Virus record (IMG/VR): IMGVR_UViG_3300033996_001106
Span: 1 to 33,814 of that record
Origin: a virus
Lineage: Duplodnaviria; Caudoviricetes
Reading direction: 5' to 3' (one strand)
Length of the DNA: 33,814 bases
This document shows, piece after piece, positions 17,133 to 24,852 of the stretch. A program made the translations under genes and the position numbers. Each line of letters starts with the position of its first letter. Position 1 is the first letter of the stretch. Below the pieces are notes generated by a model that was given only the letters and a program-made list of their open reading frames with translations, had not been told where the DNA came from and did not search any database.

Positions 17133-17259
17133 CGGTCTTTTCCCGTTCTGCGTTACGCAAGGCAGACACAAGCCCCTCGACGTTTCGCATTGGCTGCGAC
17201 AACAGGTAGTCGTGAATAGCTTTCATCAGCGATTCCGGGATCAGGTATTTCGGTTCCAT
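17110..17259 (-). CDS. 49-aa protein after the tailspike (possible assembly factor; not in the ORF track)
   Basis: MEPKYLIPESLMKAIHDYLLSQPMRNVEGLVSALRNAEREKTDDVSAAV exactly fills the gap; starts 2 nt after the tailspike stop. Confidence 0.6.
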   Translation of the reverse strand: MEPKYLIPESLMKAIHDYLLSQPMRNVEGLVSALRNAEREKTDDVSAAV

Positions 17260-17261
17260 AA

Positions 17262-18950
17262 TTACCCCACCAGCAGCCGGCGAGTGGTGCCGCCAGCGTC
17301 TTTGATTGTTATGTATCCCGCTTGTGCCACCACGCCAGCGGTGTAAGTGCCGTACTGCACAACGCCAGTGCCCTTTGTAATGAGAGATAGGTCAATGTTG
17401 GTGTCGGAGCCGGTTGCAGTCATCTGCGGGCTTGTTCCGGCGACTGCACCTCTTACAGTGAGGTAATTAACCGCGCTTGTTTGGTTTCCGTTAATTGCAA
17501 ACTGCACCGCCGGAGCGGCGACGTTTGAATAGAAAAAATGGAAGCCGGTGCCTTTAGTGAGGTATCCCACACTGATGTTTGTATCCGAGCCGACCGCACG
17601 GAATTGCGGAGAACCACCCGCAGCACCACCCAATGCTTGAAAATAGTTTACGGCCGATGCCGTGTTTGACACGGCGAACTGCGTCGCGCTTCCGTTTGCC
17701 AGTTGCATGTCTCCCGACACACTGTCGAAGGCCATCCATGAAGTACCAAAAACGGTAGTTCTAATGCCTGCATTCAAACTGCCGGACGCGCCAGCGGTGC
17801 TGTTGAAATAGACCCGGTCGTTTGCTTTAAGACTGACTGCGCCTTTGTTCGCGCCGAAATCACTCATGGCCAAATCTAAACCAGTCACCCATAGGCCGGT
17901 GGCCGAGATCACCGCATCGCAAGTAACAGTGCCTTGGTTTTGCGCCCGATACCCATGCCAGAACACCGACTTAGCGCCGGTTGCGTTTGTCCTGACAAAA
18001 TTGTTGACGATGCCCACACAAGCAACGTCGTAACCGCTGTCAACGCAAATGGTTTCGTAGGGGTTGAGGTACACGCCATCAGCGCCAGCAGTCATGTCGC
18101 CGGCAAAAAGCCCCGCTGCCGGGTTAGCTAGAAAGTTGGTGCTGCCGGCGCGGGTTCCGGAAACGAAAGCGGTGCCGTTGTACGCAACACAATCACCCTG
18201 CCCGTAGTTGTCCACCTTGGTACGGTAAGCGCACGCCTGTGTTCTGCCGTCGTTTCCTGACGTTGATTGGTTCCAGCCGCTGGTGTTGTTCAGATAGGTA
18301 AAGTGCGGATAGACCTCGTTGACATACACATACCCAGTCGTCGGCTGTGTCAGCGTGGTTGCACCAGAAATGTTGTGCCCCACCGGAAATTGGCAACGGG
18401 TCAGGTCGCCGTCAAACGCGGTCAACAGGCTGTTGGCGCTGCCCGTGCTTGCCGGCGCTGCGTTGGCGTTCGCGTACCACGGGGCCAATTTGCGGTTCGA
18501 TGCGTCAGCAATCTGGCCAACACCCCACCAGCTGCCGGGAACGGTCGTGTAATTCACGAACGTGGTGTTGTAGGTGCCGTCCGGCACATAAACCTTGGGA
18601 TAAGCACTGACAGCCGTTACCGTCGCCGTGTTGTTCGTCACGCCATCCCCAACCGCGCCGAAATCGTTAATGCTCACCGTGTCCCGGTCGTCGAGCAGAA
18701 CGTCCGCAATGGTCGTGGTCGCGTACCCGGCCTTGCTGCAAACAATGTCGTAGCGGCCGTCGGCCGCATAGAACTGCAGGCGGCCGGTGTCAGAGCTGGT
18801 GGTGGGGTTCGTCAGCGCAGTGACGCCGTTATCCGAATACAGCGACGCGAGGGTCGTGGTGCCGGTGAGGTACACCGCGCAGCTGGCGCTGGCCAGCGGC
18901 GCGAGTGAGCCGCCAACAACGGTGGCAATGTCGTTGACGTACTTTTGCAT
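17262..18950 (-). CDS. Tailspike / receptor-binding protein
   Basis: Particle-binding N-terminus (LYSDNGVTALTNP...GRLQFYAADGRYDI); VSINDFGAVGDGVT beta-helix entry motif; duplicated C-terminal repeat. Confidence 0.82.
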   Translation of the reverse strand: MQKYVNDIATVVGGSLAPLASASCAVYLTGTTTLASLYSDNGVTALTNPTTSSDTGRLQFYAADGRYDIVCSKAGYATTTIADVLLDDRDTVSINDFGAVGDGVTNNTATVTAVSAYPKVYVPDGTYNTTFVNYTTVPGSWWGVGQIADASNRKLAPWYANANAAPASTGSANSLLTAFDGDLTRCQFPVGHNISGATTLTQPTTGYVYVNEVYPHFTYLNNTSGWNQSTSGNDGRTQACAYRTKVDNYGQGDCVAYNGTAFVSGTRAGSTNFLANPAAGLFAGDMTAGADGVYLNPYETICVDSGYDVACVGIVNNFVRTNATGAKSVFWHGYRAQNQGTVTCDAVISATGLWVTGLDLAMSDFGANKGAVSLKANDRVYFNSTAGASGSLNAGIRTTVFGTSWMAFDSVSGDMQLANGSATQFAVSNTASAVNYFQALGGAAGGSPQFRAVGSDTNISVGYLTKGTGFHFFYSNVAAPAVQFAINGNQTSAVNYLTVRGAVAGTSPQMTATGSDTNIDLSLITKGTGVVQYGTYTAGVVAQAGYITIKDAGGTTRRLLVG

Positions 18951-19549
18951 TACGCGGCCTCGTCAATGGTGCGGCGGTGCCGCTTGGGTTTGTCGTCTTC
19001 CAGCGCGTCAAGGCGCGCGGCTAACCGCTCCACCTGGTCGCGCAGCTGGCGGTTCTCTTCTTTTGCCAGGGCGAGCTCGCGCACGACGGGCTCGAGGTCT
19101 TTCTTCGCCTGCAGCTCGGCTTTGGCCATGTCGCGCAGCACGCGGCCGTCGAGGCCAATTTCGCCCAGCGTGGTGTCCGGGCAGGCGGCCAAGTCCTCGA
19201 GGGTCGGGAACTTCGCGGCCAGCTGTTCCCGGCGGCTTTTCAGAATGCGTTCCCACGTCATGAGCGGCGTGCCTTCGCGCGGCAGCTCGCGGCCGGCGCG
19301 GTATTCGCTCAGCGCGTTCTTGAACTGCGCCACCCAGCTGTGGTCGTAACGGCCCTCGCGGGCTTCGCGGCCTTTGCGCTCGACGAAGTCGTCGGCGAAA
19401 AACTCCATGGGGTCGCCACGGTGGCCATGCGGGGTGATGCGAATGAAGGTGACGAGCTTCGGCACTTCATAGCCGGCTGCGGTCGACTGCTCGGCGTCGA
19501 CGCCGTGTTCGCGCTGAACGAAATCAAAAAACGGAATGCGGTTGTCCAT
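18950..19549 (-). CDS. Hypothetical head-module protein with C-terminal coiled coil
   Basis: ATG 19549 with AAGGAGA RBS; TAATG coupling to the tailspike. Confidence 0.75.
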   Translation of the reverse strand: MDNRIPFFDFVQREHGVDAEQSTAAGYEVPKLVTFIRITPHGHRGDPMEFFADDFVERKGREAREGRYDHSWVAQFKNALSEYRAGRELPREGTPLMTWERILKSRREQLAAKFPTLEDLAACPDTTLGEIGLDGRVLRDMAKAELQAKKDLEPVVRELALAKEENRQLRDQVERLAARLDALEDDKPKRHRRTIDEAA

Positions 19550-19597
19550 ACGTCTCCTTAAGCGGTTGCGCTTTGTTCTGAGCGCTGTCGAGCGCCC

Positions 19598-19625
19598 AAA
19601 AAAAAGCGCCCTCCGAAGAGGGCGC
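19598..19625 (-). terminator. Intrinsic terminator after the capsid/decoration genes
   Basis: GCGCCCTC-TTCG-GAGGGCGC (cUUCGg loop) followed by T8. Confidence 0.9.
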
Positions 19626-19648
19626 CCCAAGGCCAACAGGCCGAATGC

Positions 19649-20389
19649 TTAGGTGATAGCACCCTGCGCAAACGGACGGTTGAACGTGACGTTGTTGAAG
19701 TGGTTCGTGCCGTCGTTGAACGTCTCCGTGGCAGTCACGGAGCCGGTGGCGGACGCGTTGCTGGCCAGCGTCACCGTCCGGTTGTCCGGATCAATGGCGG
19801 TGATCAGCGAGGTCGTGATGCCGGTGCCAGACACCGAGCCACCAACAAACCAACCGTCGGTGTTGGACACCCGCAGAATGGGCGAGCCGTTCTGGGTAAC
19901 GGTGTTGGTCTTGGCCACGGTGGTGGAAGACGGCCGGGTTGAACGGCAGTTCACCAGCTGCTTGCCAGCGGAGTTCGCGCCAGCCTGACCGGCGGCCACA
20001 ATGCCGATTGCGGTGTCAGCCGCAACCGAGGCAGACGACCACGCGACGTAAGAGCCGGAGATCACGATCCACAGGAAGTAGGTGCCGGTGGCAAAGCCGC
20101 TGGGGATGGCGTTGAGGTTGAACCCAACAGACTTGCCCAGGTTGGCCGTGTTGGCCACCAGCGTCGCAGTGAAAGAGCTCGCGACGTCGTAGGCCAGCAC
20201 GGCACCGGTACGCAACGGCGTGCCGGTGGTGAAGCTGAACTGGACGTACATCAGTTCCTGGCCGCCCCAGTAGGGGTCGACTGCGGAAACGACAGTACCC
20301 AGCGGATGGCGCTGAACGGTGTCGGGGGTGTTCCAGTTGCCAATGGCCTGAGAGCCAACGAACGGAACAATGCTTGCGGAAGTCGTCAT
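19649..20389 (-). CDS. Capsid decoration/cement protein
   Basis: Directly after MCP with AAGGAGA RBS, before a strong terminator; T/S/A/G beta-rich. Confidence 0.7.
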   Translation of the reverse strand: MTTSASIVPFVGSQAIGNWNTPDTVQRHPLGTVVSAVDPYWGGQELMYVQFSFTTGTPLRTGAVLAYDVASSFTATLVANTANLGKSVGFNLNAIPSGFATGTYFLWIVISGSYVAWSSASVAADTAIGIVAAGQAGANSAGKQLVNCRSTRPSSTTVAKTNTVTQNGSPILRVSNTDGWFVGGSVSGTGITTSLITAIDPDNRTVTLASNASATGSVTATETFNDGTNHFNNVTFNRPFAQGAIT

Positions 20390-20401
20390 GTCAGATCTCC
20401 T

Positions 20402-21397
20402 TTAGGCCTTGATCACGCCCTGCAACGAACGATTCGACAGGGCAAGGTTGCCTTGGAAAATGATCGTGCGGACAAGCGCGTCCTGATTGATGGAGTCAAC
20501 CTCCGGGAGCATGGTCATGTTGGCGTCCTGATGAACAACCAGATCCATGTACTCGGTGTTGAGGAAATAGGCGTGGGCCGCCGGAATACCGCCTGACGAA
20601 TCAAAGAACACGTCGGCCGACTTGTACTTCATGGAGATCATGCCGCCCTTGCCGTTCTCGTCGCTGGTGTAGCGCTTGAGGCTGGTCTGGCTCTGCTCGT
20701 AGAAGGTGAAGTAATCGTCGGACATGACGATCAGATCCGGCATATCCGAACCACGGGTGAGGCGAATCCATAGCGGCAGCATCAGCGACTCAATCGTCGA
20801 GGCCGACGGGGTGATCGCGGAGCCGCCCTGCAGCGGGGCGGCAGCGGACTGAACCACGTTCTGCCAGAACGAATAGGTGCTGGAGTTGATACCGCCCACC
20901 GTGCCGGTGCCCGCGTCCGCCACCAGCGCCTGCAGACCGTTGATCTGGTTGGCGGCGGTGCCGTCGCTGTACAGGTCGGTGCTGAGACCGTTGGCCAGCG
21001 AGTTCTGGGCGTTTTTCACCTTGGCCTTGATGAAGTTCACGATGCGGTTTTCGCCACTGTTCGTGCGCATTTCGAGACCGCTGATGGCGATATTCACCGC
21101 CACCTGACGCCACGGGTATTCCGCAGCGGAGAGCACGTCGACCGCGTTGATCGCCAGCACGTCGAAACCCGAATAACGGGTGTAGGTGCTGTTGGCCGCG
21201 TACTCAAGCGGCATGGCAATGCTGAGACCGCCGTCCTCGAGGCGAACCTTGCCGCCTTCGGACAGGCGCCGAAACAGCGCGTTGTGTTTGGTGACGTTAT
21301 CCGCCACGTCCTTGCGGTGCGCACGATAGGTCGTGGCCACCAGTTCCGAGAAAACGCCGAAATTGCCGGCGCTAAAGCCTTGCCCTGGAGACGGCAT
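20402..21397 (-). CDS. Major capsid protein
   Basis: 331 aa after the scaffold; DNVTKHNAL, LYSDGT, INGLQAL and GTVGGIN motifs; AGGAG RBS. Confidence 0.88.
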   Translation of the reverse strand: MPSPGQGFSAGNFGVFSELVATTYRAHRKDVADNVTKHNALFRRLSEGGKVRLEDGGLSIAMPLEYAANSTYTRYSGFDVLAINAVDVLSAAEYPWRQVAVNIAISGLEMRTNSGENRIVNFIKAKVKNAQNSLANGLSTDLYSDGTAANQINGLQALVADAGTGTVGGINSSTYSFWQNVVQSAAAPLQGGSAITPSASTIESLMLPLWIRLTRGSDMPDLIVMSDDYFTFYEQSQTSLKRYTSDENGKGGMISMKYKSADVFFDSSGGIPAAHAYFLNTEYMDLVVHQDANMTMLPEVDSINQDALVRTIIFQGNLALSNRSLQGVIKA

Positions 21398-21419
21398 GGT
21401 TGGTTACTCCTAAATGGGG

Positions 21420-22439
21420 TTAAGCGCCAGTCACTCTGCGGAGCGTGGCGCGGATCGTTTCTTCCATGGACTGCCCTGCCGGGACGTCCGTCGGGAGGGC
21501 CGGGCGGCTGCGCACATTGACGCTCGCGGCCTGCCTCGCGACTTGCGCCTTCTTCGCCGCTTCCTCGCGTGCTGCGCGGGCTTCCTGTTGGGAAACGGTG
21601 GCGCGAGTCGTGGGGTTGGCGTAGACGGCCTGCGCATAGGCGTCGTGCAGGTCTTTGGCAAGGCCGGCTTGTAGAAGCGCGGCCATGTGCTCTCGGACTT
21701 GCTCGAAATGCCCATGGTTTGGATCAGCGGCGAACGCAGCGATCTCGCTGTTGAGCGAGTACTGCTCTGCCTGCTGGCCCTGAAGCTGTTGCTGCTGCAG
21801 GTAGCTCGAAAGCTGTTGCACCTGCTGCTGGAGCTGCGCGACCTGCGGGTCGACAGCCTGCGGTTCGTAACTGCCGACCTGACCAAGGTCGACGTTGTAG
21901 TAACGGGCCATCTGCTGGAGCTTGGCCAGTTTTTCCTGCGGCTGGCCGTAGCGCAGCAGGTGGTCGGTCGCCATTAACTGGGTGACCGCGCCTACAGGGT
22001 CGAGGCCCGTCGAGCGCAGCGTCGCCTCAAACGGCTGAATGGCGCGCCCGAAGTCCTGCTGGAACTGCGCGGCCTGCCGGTACTGCTCAATGCCCTTGTG
22101 GAAGTCGGCTTCGCGGCGCTCGACCTCGGCCTGCACTTCCGGCGGCAGCGTGCCCCATTTCTCGGCCACCTCTTTGCGCCATGTGTTGGGCGCAGGCCGC
22201 GTTTCCGGGGCCTCCGGGGCCGCCTCCGGGGCCTTGGTGAACTTGCCCTGCGCATCACGCGGCGCCACCTCTGGCGCGGCCTCCGGGGCGTCCGGGACGT
22301 CCTCGCCAATGTCCCCTGCAGGTTCCAAGCCGCGCTCGCGCAGGCTTTGCAGGGTTTCGCGAATGGTGTCGTCGATCGACTTCGGGGCTTCGGCCTCGAC
22401 CTCTTCGACGTCGGCGGTTGCGCCTTCGTTTTCGAGCAT
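21420..22439 (-). CDS. Scaffolding protein
   Basis: Acidic PEAA-rich N-terminus, RDAQGKF, helical Q-rich body; immediately before MCP. Confidence 0.78.
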   Translation of the reverse strand: MLENEGATADVEEVEAEAPKSIDDTIRETLQSLRERGLEPAGDIGEDVPDAPEAAPEVAPRDAQGKFTKAPEAAPEAPETRPAPNTWRKEVAEKWGTLPPEVQAEVERREADFHKGIEQYRQAAQFQQDFGRAIQPFEATLRSTGLDPVGAVTQLMATDHLLRYGQPQEKLAKLQQMARYYNVDLGQVGSYEPQAVDPQVAQLQQQVQQLSSYLQQQQLQGQQAEQYSLNSEIAAFAADPNHGHFEQVREHMAALLQAGLAKDLHDAYAQAVYANPTTRATVSQQEARAAREEAAKKAQVARQAASVNVRSRPALPTDVPAGQSMEETIRATLRRVTGA

Positions 22440-22455
22440 GCGGACTCCAGAAATG

Positions 22456-22507
22456 AAAAAACCCGCACAGGGCGGGCTAGAAACAAAAAAGCCCGCACGA
22501 GGCGGGC
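22456..22507 (-). terminator. Two tandem terminator-like hairpins upstream of the scaffold gene
   Basis: Minus strand GCCCGCCTCGTGCGGGC-TTTTTTGTTTCT, then GCCCGCCCTGTGCGGGT-TTTTTCATTTCT. Confidence 0.75.
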
Positions 22508-22528
22508 TTGGTGTAGGGCGTTTTGGGC

Positions 22529-22747
22529 TTAGGCCAGCGCGGCCTGAATGACTGCCCAGGCCTGCGCTGGCGTGTTCGACTGGGCCACCTGCACCCAGCG
22601 GCTGCGGCCGGCGTAGGGCGCAATCACGCCCAAGGCGTAGACGTCGGTCAGGGTGGTGCCCACCGGGATGAAGTTCTCAAACACAACGGTTCGGGCAGTG
22701 CCGTTTGGATCGGCCTCTGCAATCAACTGCGCTTCGGTGAAAGCCAT
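22529..22747 (-). CDS. Hypothetical protein
   Basis: 72 aa; GAGGT RBS; in late-operon orientation. Confidence 0.7.
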   Translation of the reverse strand: MAFTEAQLIAEADPNGTARTVVFENFIPVGTTLTDVYALGVIAPYAGRSRWVQVAQSNTPAQAWAVIQAALA

Positions 22748-22755
22748 TTGTTACC

Positions 22756-23094
22756 TCACAGGGCGCGCAGTGCGGCGCGCTTTTTCTCAGGGGAAAGGTT
22801 TGCCCACACCGACTGCGCGGTGCGCTCGATTGCCCGATCGCGGGCAAGCTCGTCGTTGCGCCGGATGCGGGATGCTTCTTTCTGCTCCGCCTCGCGCCCC
22901 TCGTAGGGGCGGCAACCGCTGCGGCGCAGGTCTTCACGGCGGCCGGCGCGGCCATGCACCACGCGTCCGTCGATGGGGCTTTCGTAATCGGGCAGGTCGC
23001 CCACCACATACGGCGCCGCCGGACGGCTTGCGCGGTAGTCTTGCGCCAGAATCAGTTCGCCGGTCTCCGGGTGCTGGATGTATCGCGTTCTCAT
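22756..23094 (-). CDS. Hypothetical head-region protein
   Basis: 112 aa; YESPIDGRVV...RREDLRRSGC; ATGA coupling. Confidence 0.75.
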   Translation of the reverse strand: MRTRYIQHPETGELILAQDYRASRPAAPYVVGDLPDYESPIDGRVVHGRAGRREDLRRSGCRPYEGREAEQKEASRIRRNDELARDRAIERTAQSVWANLSPEKKRAALRAL

Positions 23095-23477
23095 AGCAGC
23101 AGCAGAATCTCCTCGTCGTCTTGTTCAAGCCATTGGTCCCAGCGGCGTGCTTGCAGCGCCTCGAGCTGTGCGGCCACGGCCTGCAGCTGCGCGACATAGG
23201 CCGACCAGTCTGGCTGCGGGGCCGGAACCGCAAGGCCCTCGACCAAGTCCGGCGCGGCGGCCTTCAGTTCAACCAGTTCGCGCGTGATGCGCTTGCGCAC
23301 GGCCTTCGCCTTGCGCGTCGTCCATATCTCGACGCGCGGCACATCGTCGCCGCCGATTTTGCTGGGTACTTCGGGCGCCGGCCCTAGGCCGACCTGCGCC
23401 AGCAGAGTGTCGTCGCCCTCAACAAGCGCAGCAGTGACAGCCCATACGGGCGTCTGCTGGCTTAGCAGCAGCGACAT
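23091..23477 (-). CDS. Hypothetical protein ending DDEEILLLL
   Basis: 128 aa; tiles with neighbouring genes. Confidence 0.7.
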   Translation of the reverse strand: MSLLLSQQTPVWAVTAALVEGDDTLLAQVGLGPAPEVPSKIGGDDVPRVEIWTTRKAKAVRKRITRELVELKAAAPDLVEGLAVPAPQPDWSAYVAQLQAVAAQLEALQARRWDQWLEQDDEEILLLL

Positions 23478-23480
23478 GGT

Positions 23481-24116
23481 TTAGTACGCGGCGGTTTCCG
23501 CGTATTCCACGGACACTTGCAAGCGAATAACTCCTGCGGCGCCCATCGCGATGCCGTTCGTGATCACAAAACCCTCGTTCTGGGCCAGCACCAGCGGATA
23601 GTCGCCCGAGTCATAACGAAGAAGGTCTGCGGTTGGCATGCTAGTGCCAACGCCAGTGCTCGAGCCGCCCGTGATACCCATACCCGCCGTTTCCAGCGTT
23701 CGAGTGCCGGCCGTCAGCGCGCCGGTGCTGGAAATGCGAATGTCTGGGGCCGACGTAATGTTGGTGAATGAATTGCGGTGCTTGTTCTGGCCGGCGGTGA
23801 ACAACGCTGTGCCGCCCGAGTCACTGCCCGTGAACGAGTTGGCGCGCAGCATCTGATAGTCCAGGCCTTGCGCCGTTGTGAACGCCGTGGTCGTGATAAA
23901 CCCAATCGACAGCCGGCGCACCAGTATTAAATTGCTGCCGGTATTCCGAAACGAAAACACAGGGCCGTTGGCCGCCACGCCCGTCAGCGCGCCAGACGCG
24001 CCGCTGACCGTGAAATAGCCAATGACTTCCGCCGGTCTTATCGATACCCGCGCTGCACGAAACGTGGCGTCAACTTCCTGAGTCGTTCCGCCGTTGCCCT
24101 GAATTTGAATTGCCAT
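23481..24116 (-). CDS. Putative virion structural protein
   Basis: 211 aa; T/G/S/A beta-rich; abuts the upstream stop. Confidence 0.7.
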   Translation of the reverse strand: MAIQIQGNGGTTQEVDATFRAARVSIRPAEVIGYFTVSGASGALTGVAANGPVFSFRNTGSNLILVRRLSIGFITTTAFTTAQGLDYQMLRANSFTGSDSGGTALFTAGQNKHRNSFTNITSAPDIRISSTGALTAGTRTLETAGMGITGGSSTGVGTSMPTADLLRYDSGDYPLVLAQNEGFVITNGIAMGAAGVIRLQVSVEYAETAAY

Positions 24117-24446
24117 TTAGTTCCACACCCATGCGATTGTCCACGAGCCGTAGGCTCGAGGGCTGTCGTTTTTGCCGCGCCGCGAATCGGTTGGGGCTTT
24201 TGCGTCAGTTTGCGGTTTGACCGACGCGTAAATCGTGAAGCCCGTGCCCGCCACAATGTTGCCCGCCATCACCTGCGGGCCGTCGACCCAGTGCTCATCG
24301 ACGCTGTGGTCTGCCGTGGCGGTGGGAAATACCCAGGCCTCGACCAAACTGGTCGCCAGAATGCTGTTCTGCCCAGTCACCGTCACGCTGGTGTCGGTGG
24401 CGCCCGGAAACGTGCCGAAGTTAACGGTTGTCGTGCCCTGCGCCAC
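24117..24446 (-). CDS. Putative virion structural protein
   Basis: 109 aa; beta-rich; tiles with neighbouring genes. Confidence 0.7.
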   Translation of the reverse strand: MAQGTTTVNFGTFPGATDTSVTVTGQNSILATSLVEAWVFPTATADHSVDEHWVDGPQVMAGNIVAGTGFTIYASVKPQTDAKAPTDSRRGKNDSPRAYGSWTIAWVWN

Positions 24447-24447
24447 G

Positions 24448-24852
24448 TCAGGCCCCGAACGCCGTCACCAACAAGCTGGTGAAGTTGCAGGCTTGCGTGG
24501 CGTTGATGCTGGTGCTTGTCACGATCATGTCCGTGCCGGACGTGCCCACCGTGCCCTGCACGACTGCATTCGTGCTGGTGTCGGCAGCGGGATAAATGCG
24601 GAAATAACCCGCCGTCCCCGTGCCGGACGCCGTCACGCTGGCGACTGCTGCCGCTGTCAACACGCCGCTCACGGCAGAACCAAAGCCGCCCGCATTGCCC
24701 ACAAAGGTCACCAGCAGCGTGCCGGTGTCCGGCGTCGCGCAGTCGGGGGGAATGCTGCCAGTCCAAATCTTGATCTTGCAGCTCGCGCCAATGTCAGTGG
24801 CCAGCTGCGTCATGGAGTTGGTGCGGTGAGTGGTGCTGTACTGAATGGCCAT
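24448..24852 (-). CDS. Putative virion structural protein
   Basis: 134 aa; KIKIWTGSIP...GTAGYFRI...VQGTVGTSG; TAATG coupling to the portal. Confidence 0.72.
   Translation of the reverse strand: MAIQYSTTHRTNSMTQLATDIGASCKIKIWTGSIPPDCATPDTGTLLVTFVGNAGGFGSAVSGVLTAAAVASVTASGTGTAGYFRIYPAADTSTNAVVQGTVGTSGTDMIVTSTSINATQACNFTSLLVTAFGA

Noticed and set aside
8081-18950. Diversity-generating retroelement or invertible tail-fibre switch
   Set aside because: No reverse transcriptase, invertase or template/variable repeat pair was seen
19550-19636. N-terminal extensions given in the ORF track (also at 1104, 1823, 16257, 31307 and 33203)
   Set aside because: They run through terminators or upstream genes; downstream starts have better RBS, coupling or promoter support
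20402-20430. Programmed frameshift or read-through extending the capsid protein
   Set aside because: No slippery heptamer near the TAA stop, and the next gene has its own strong RBS
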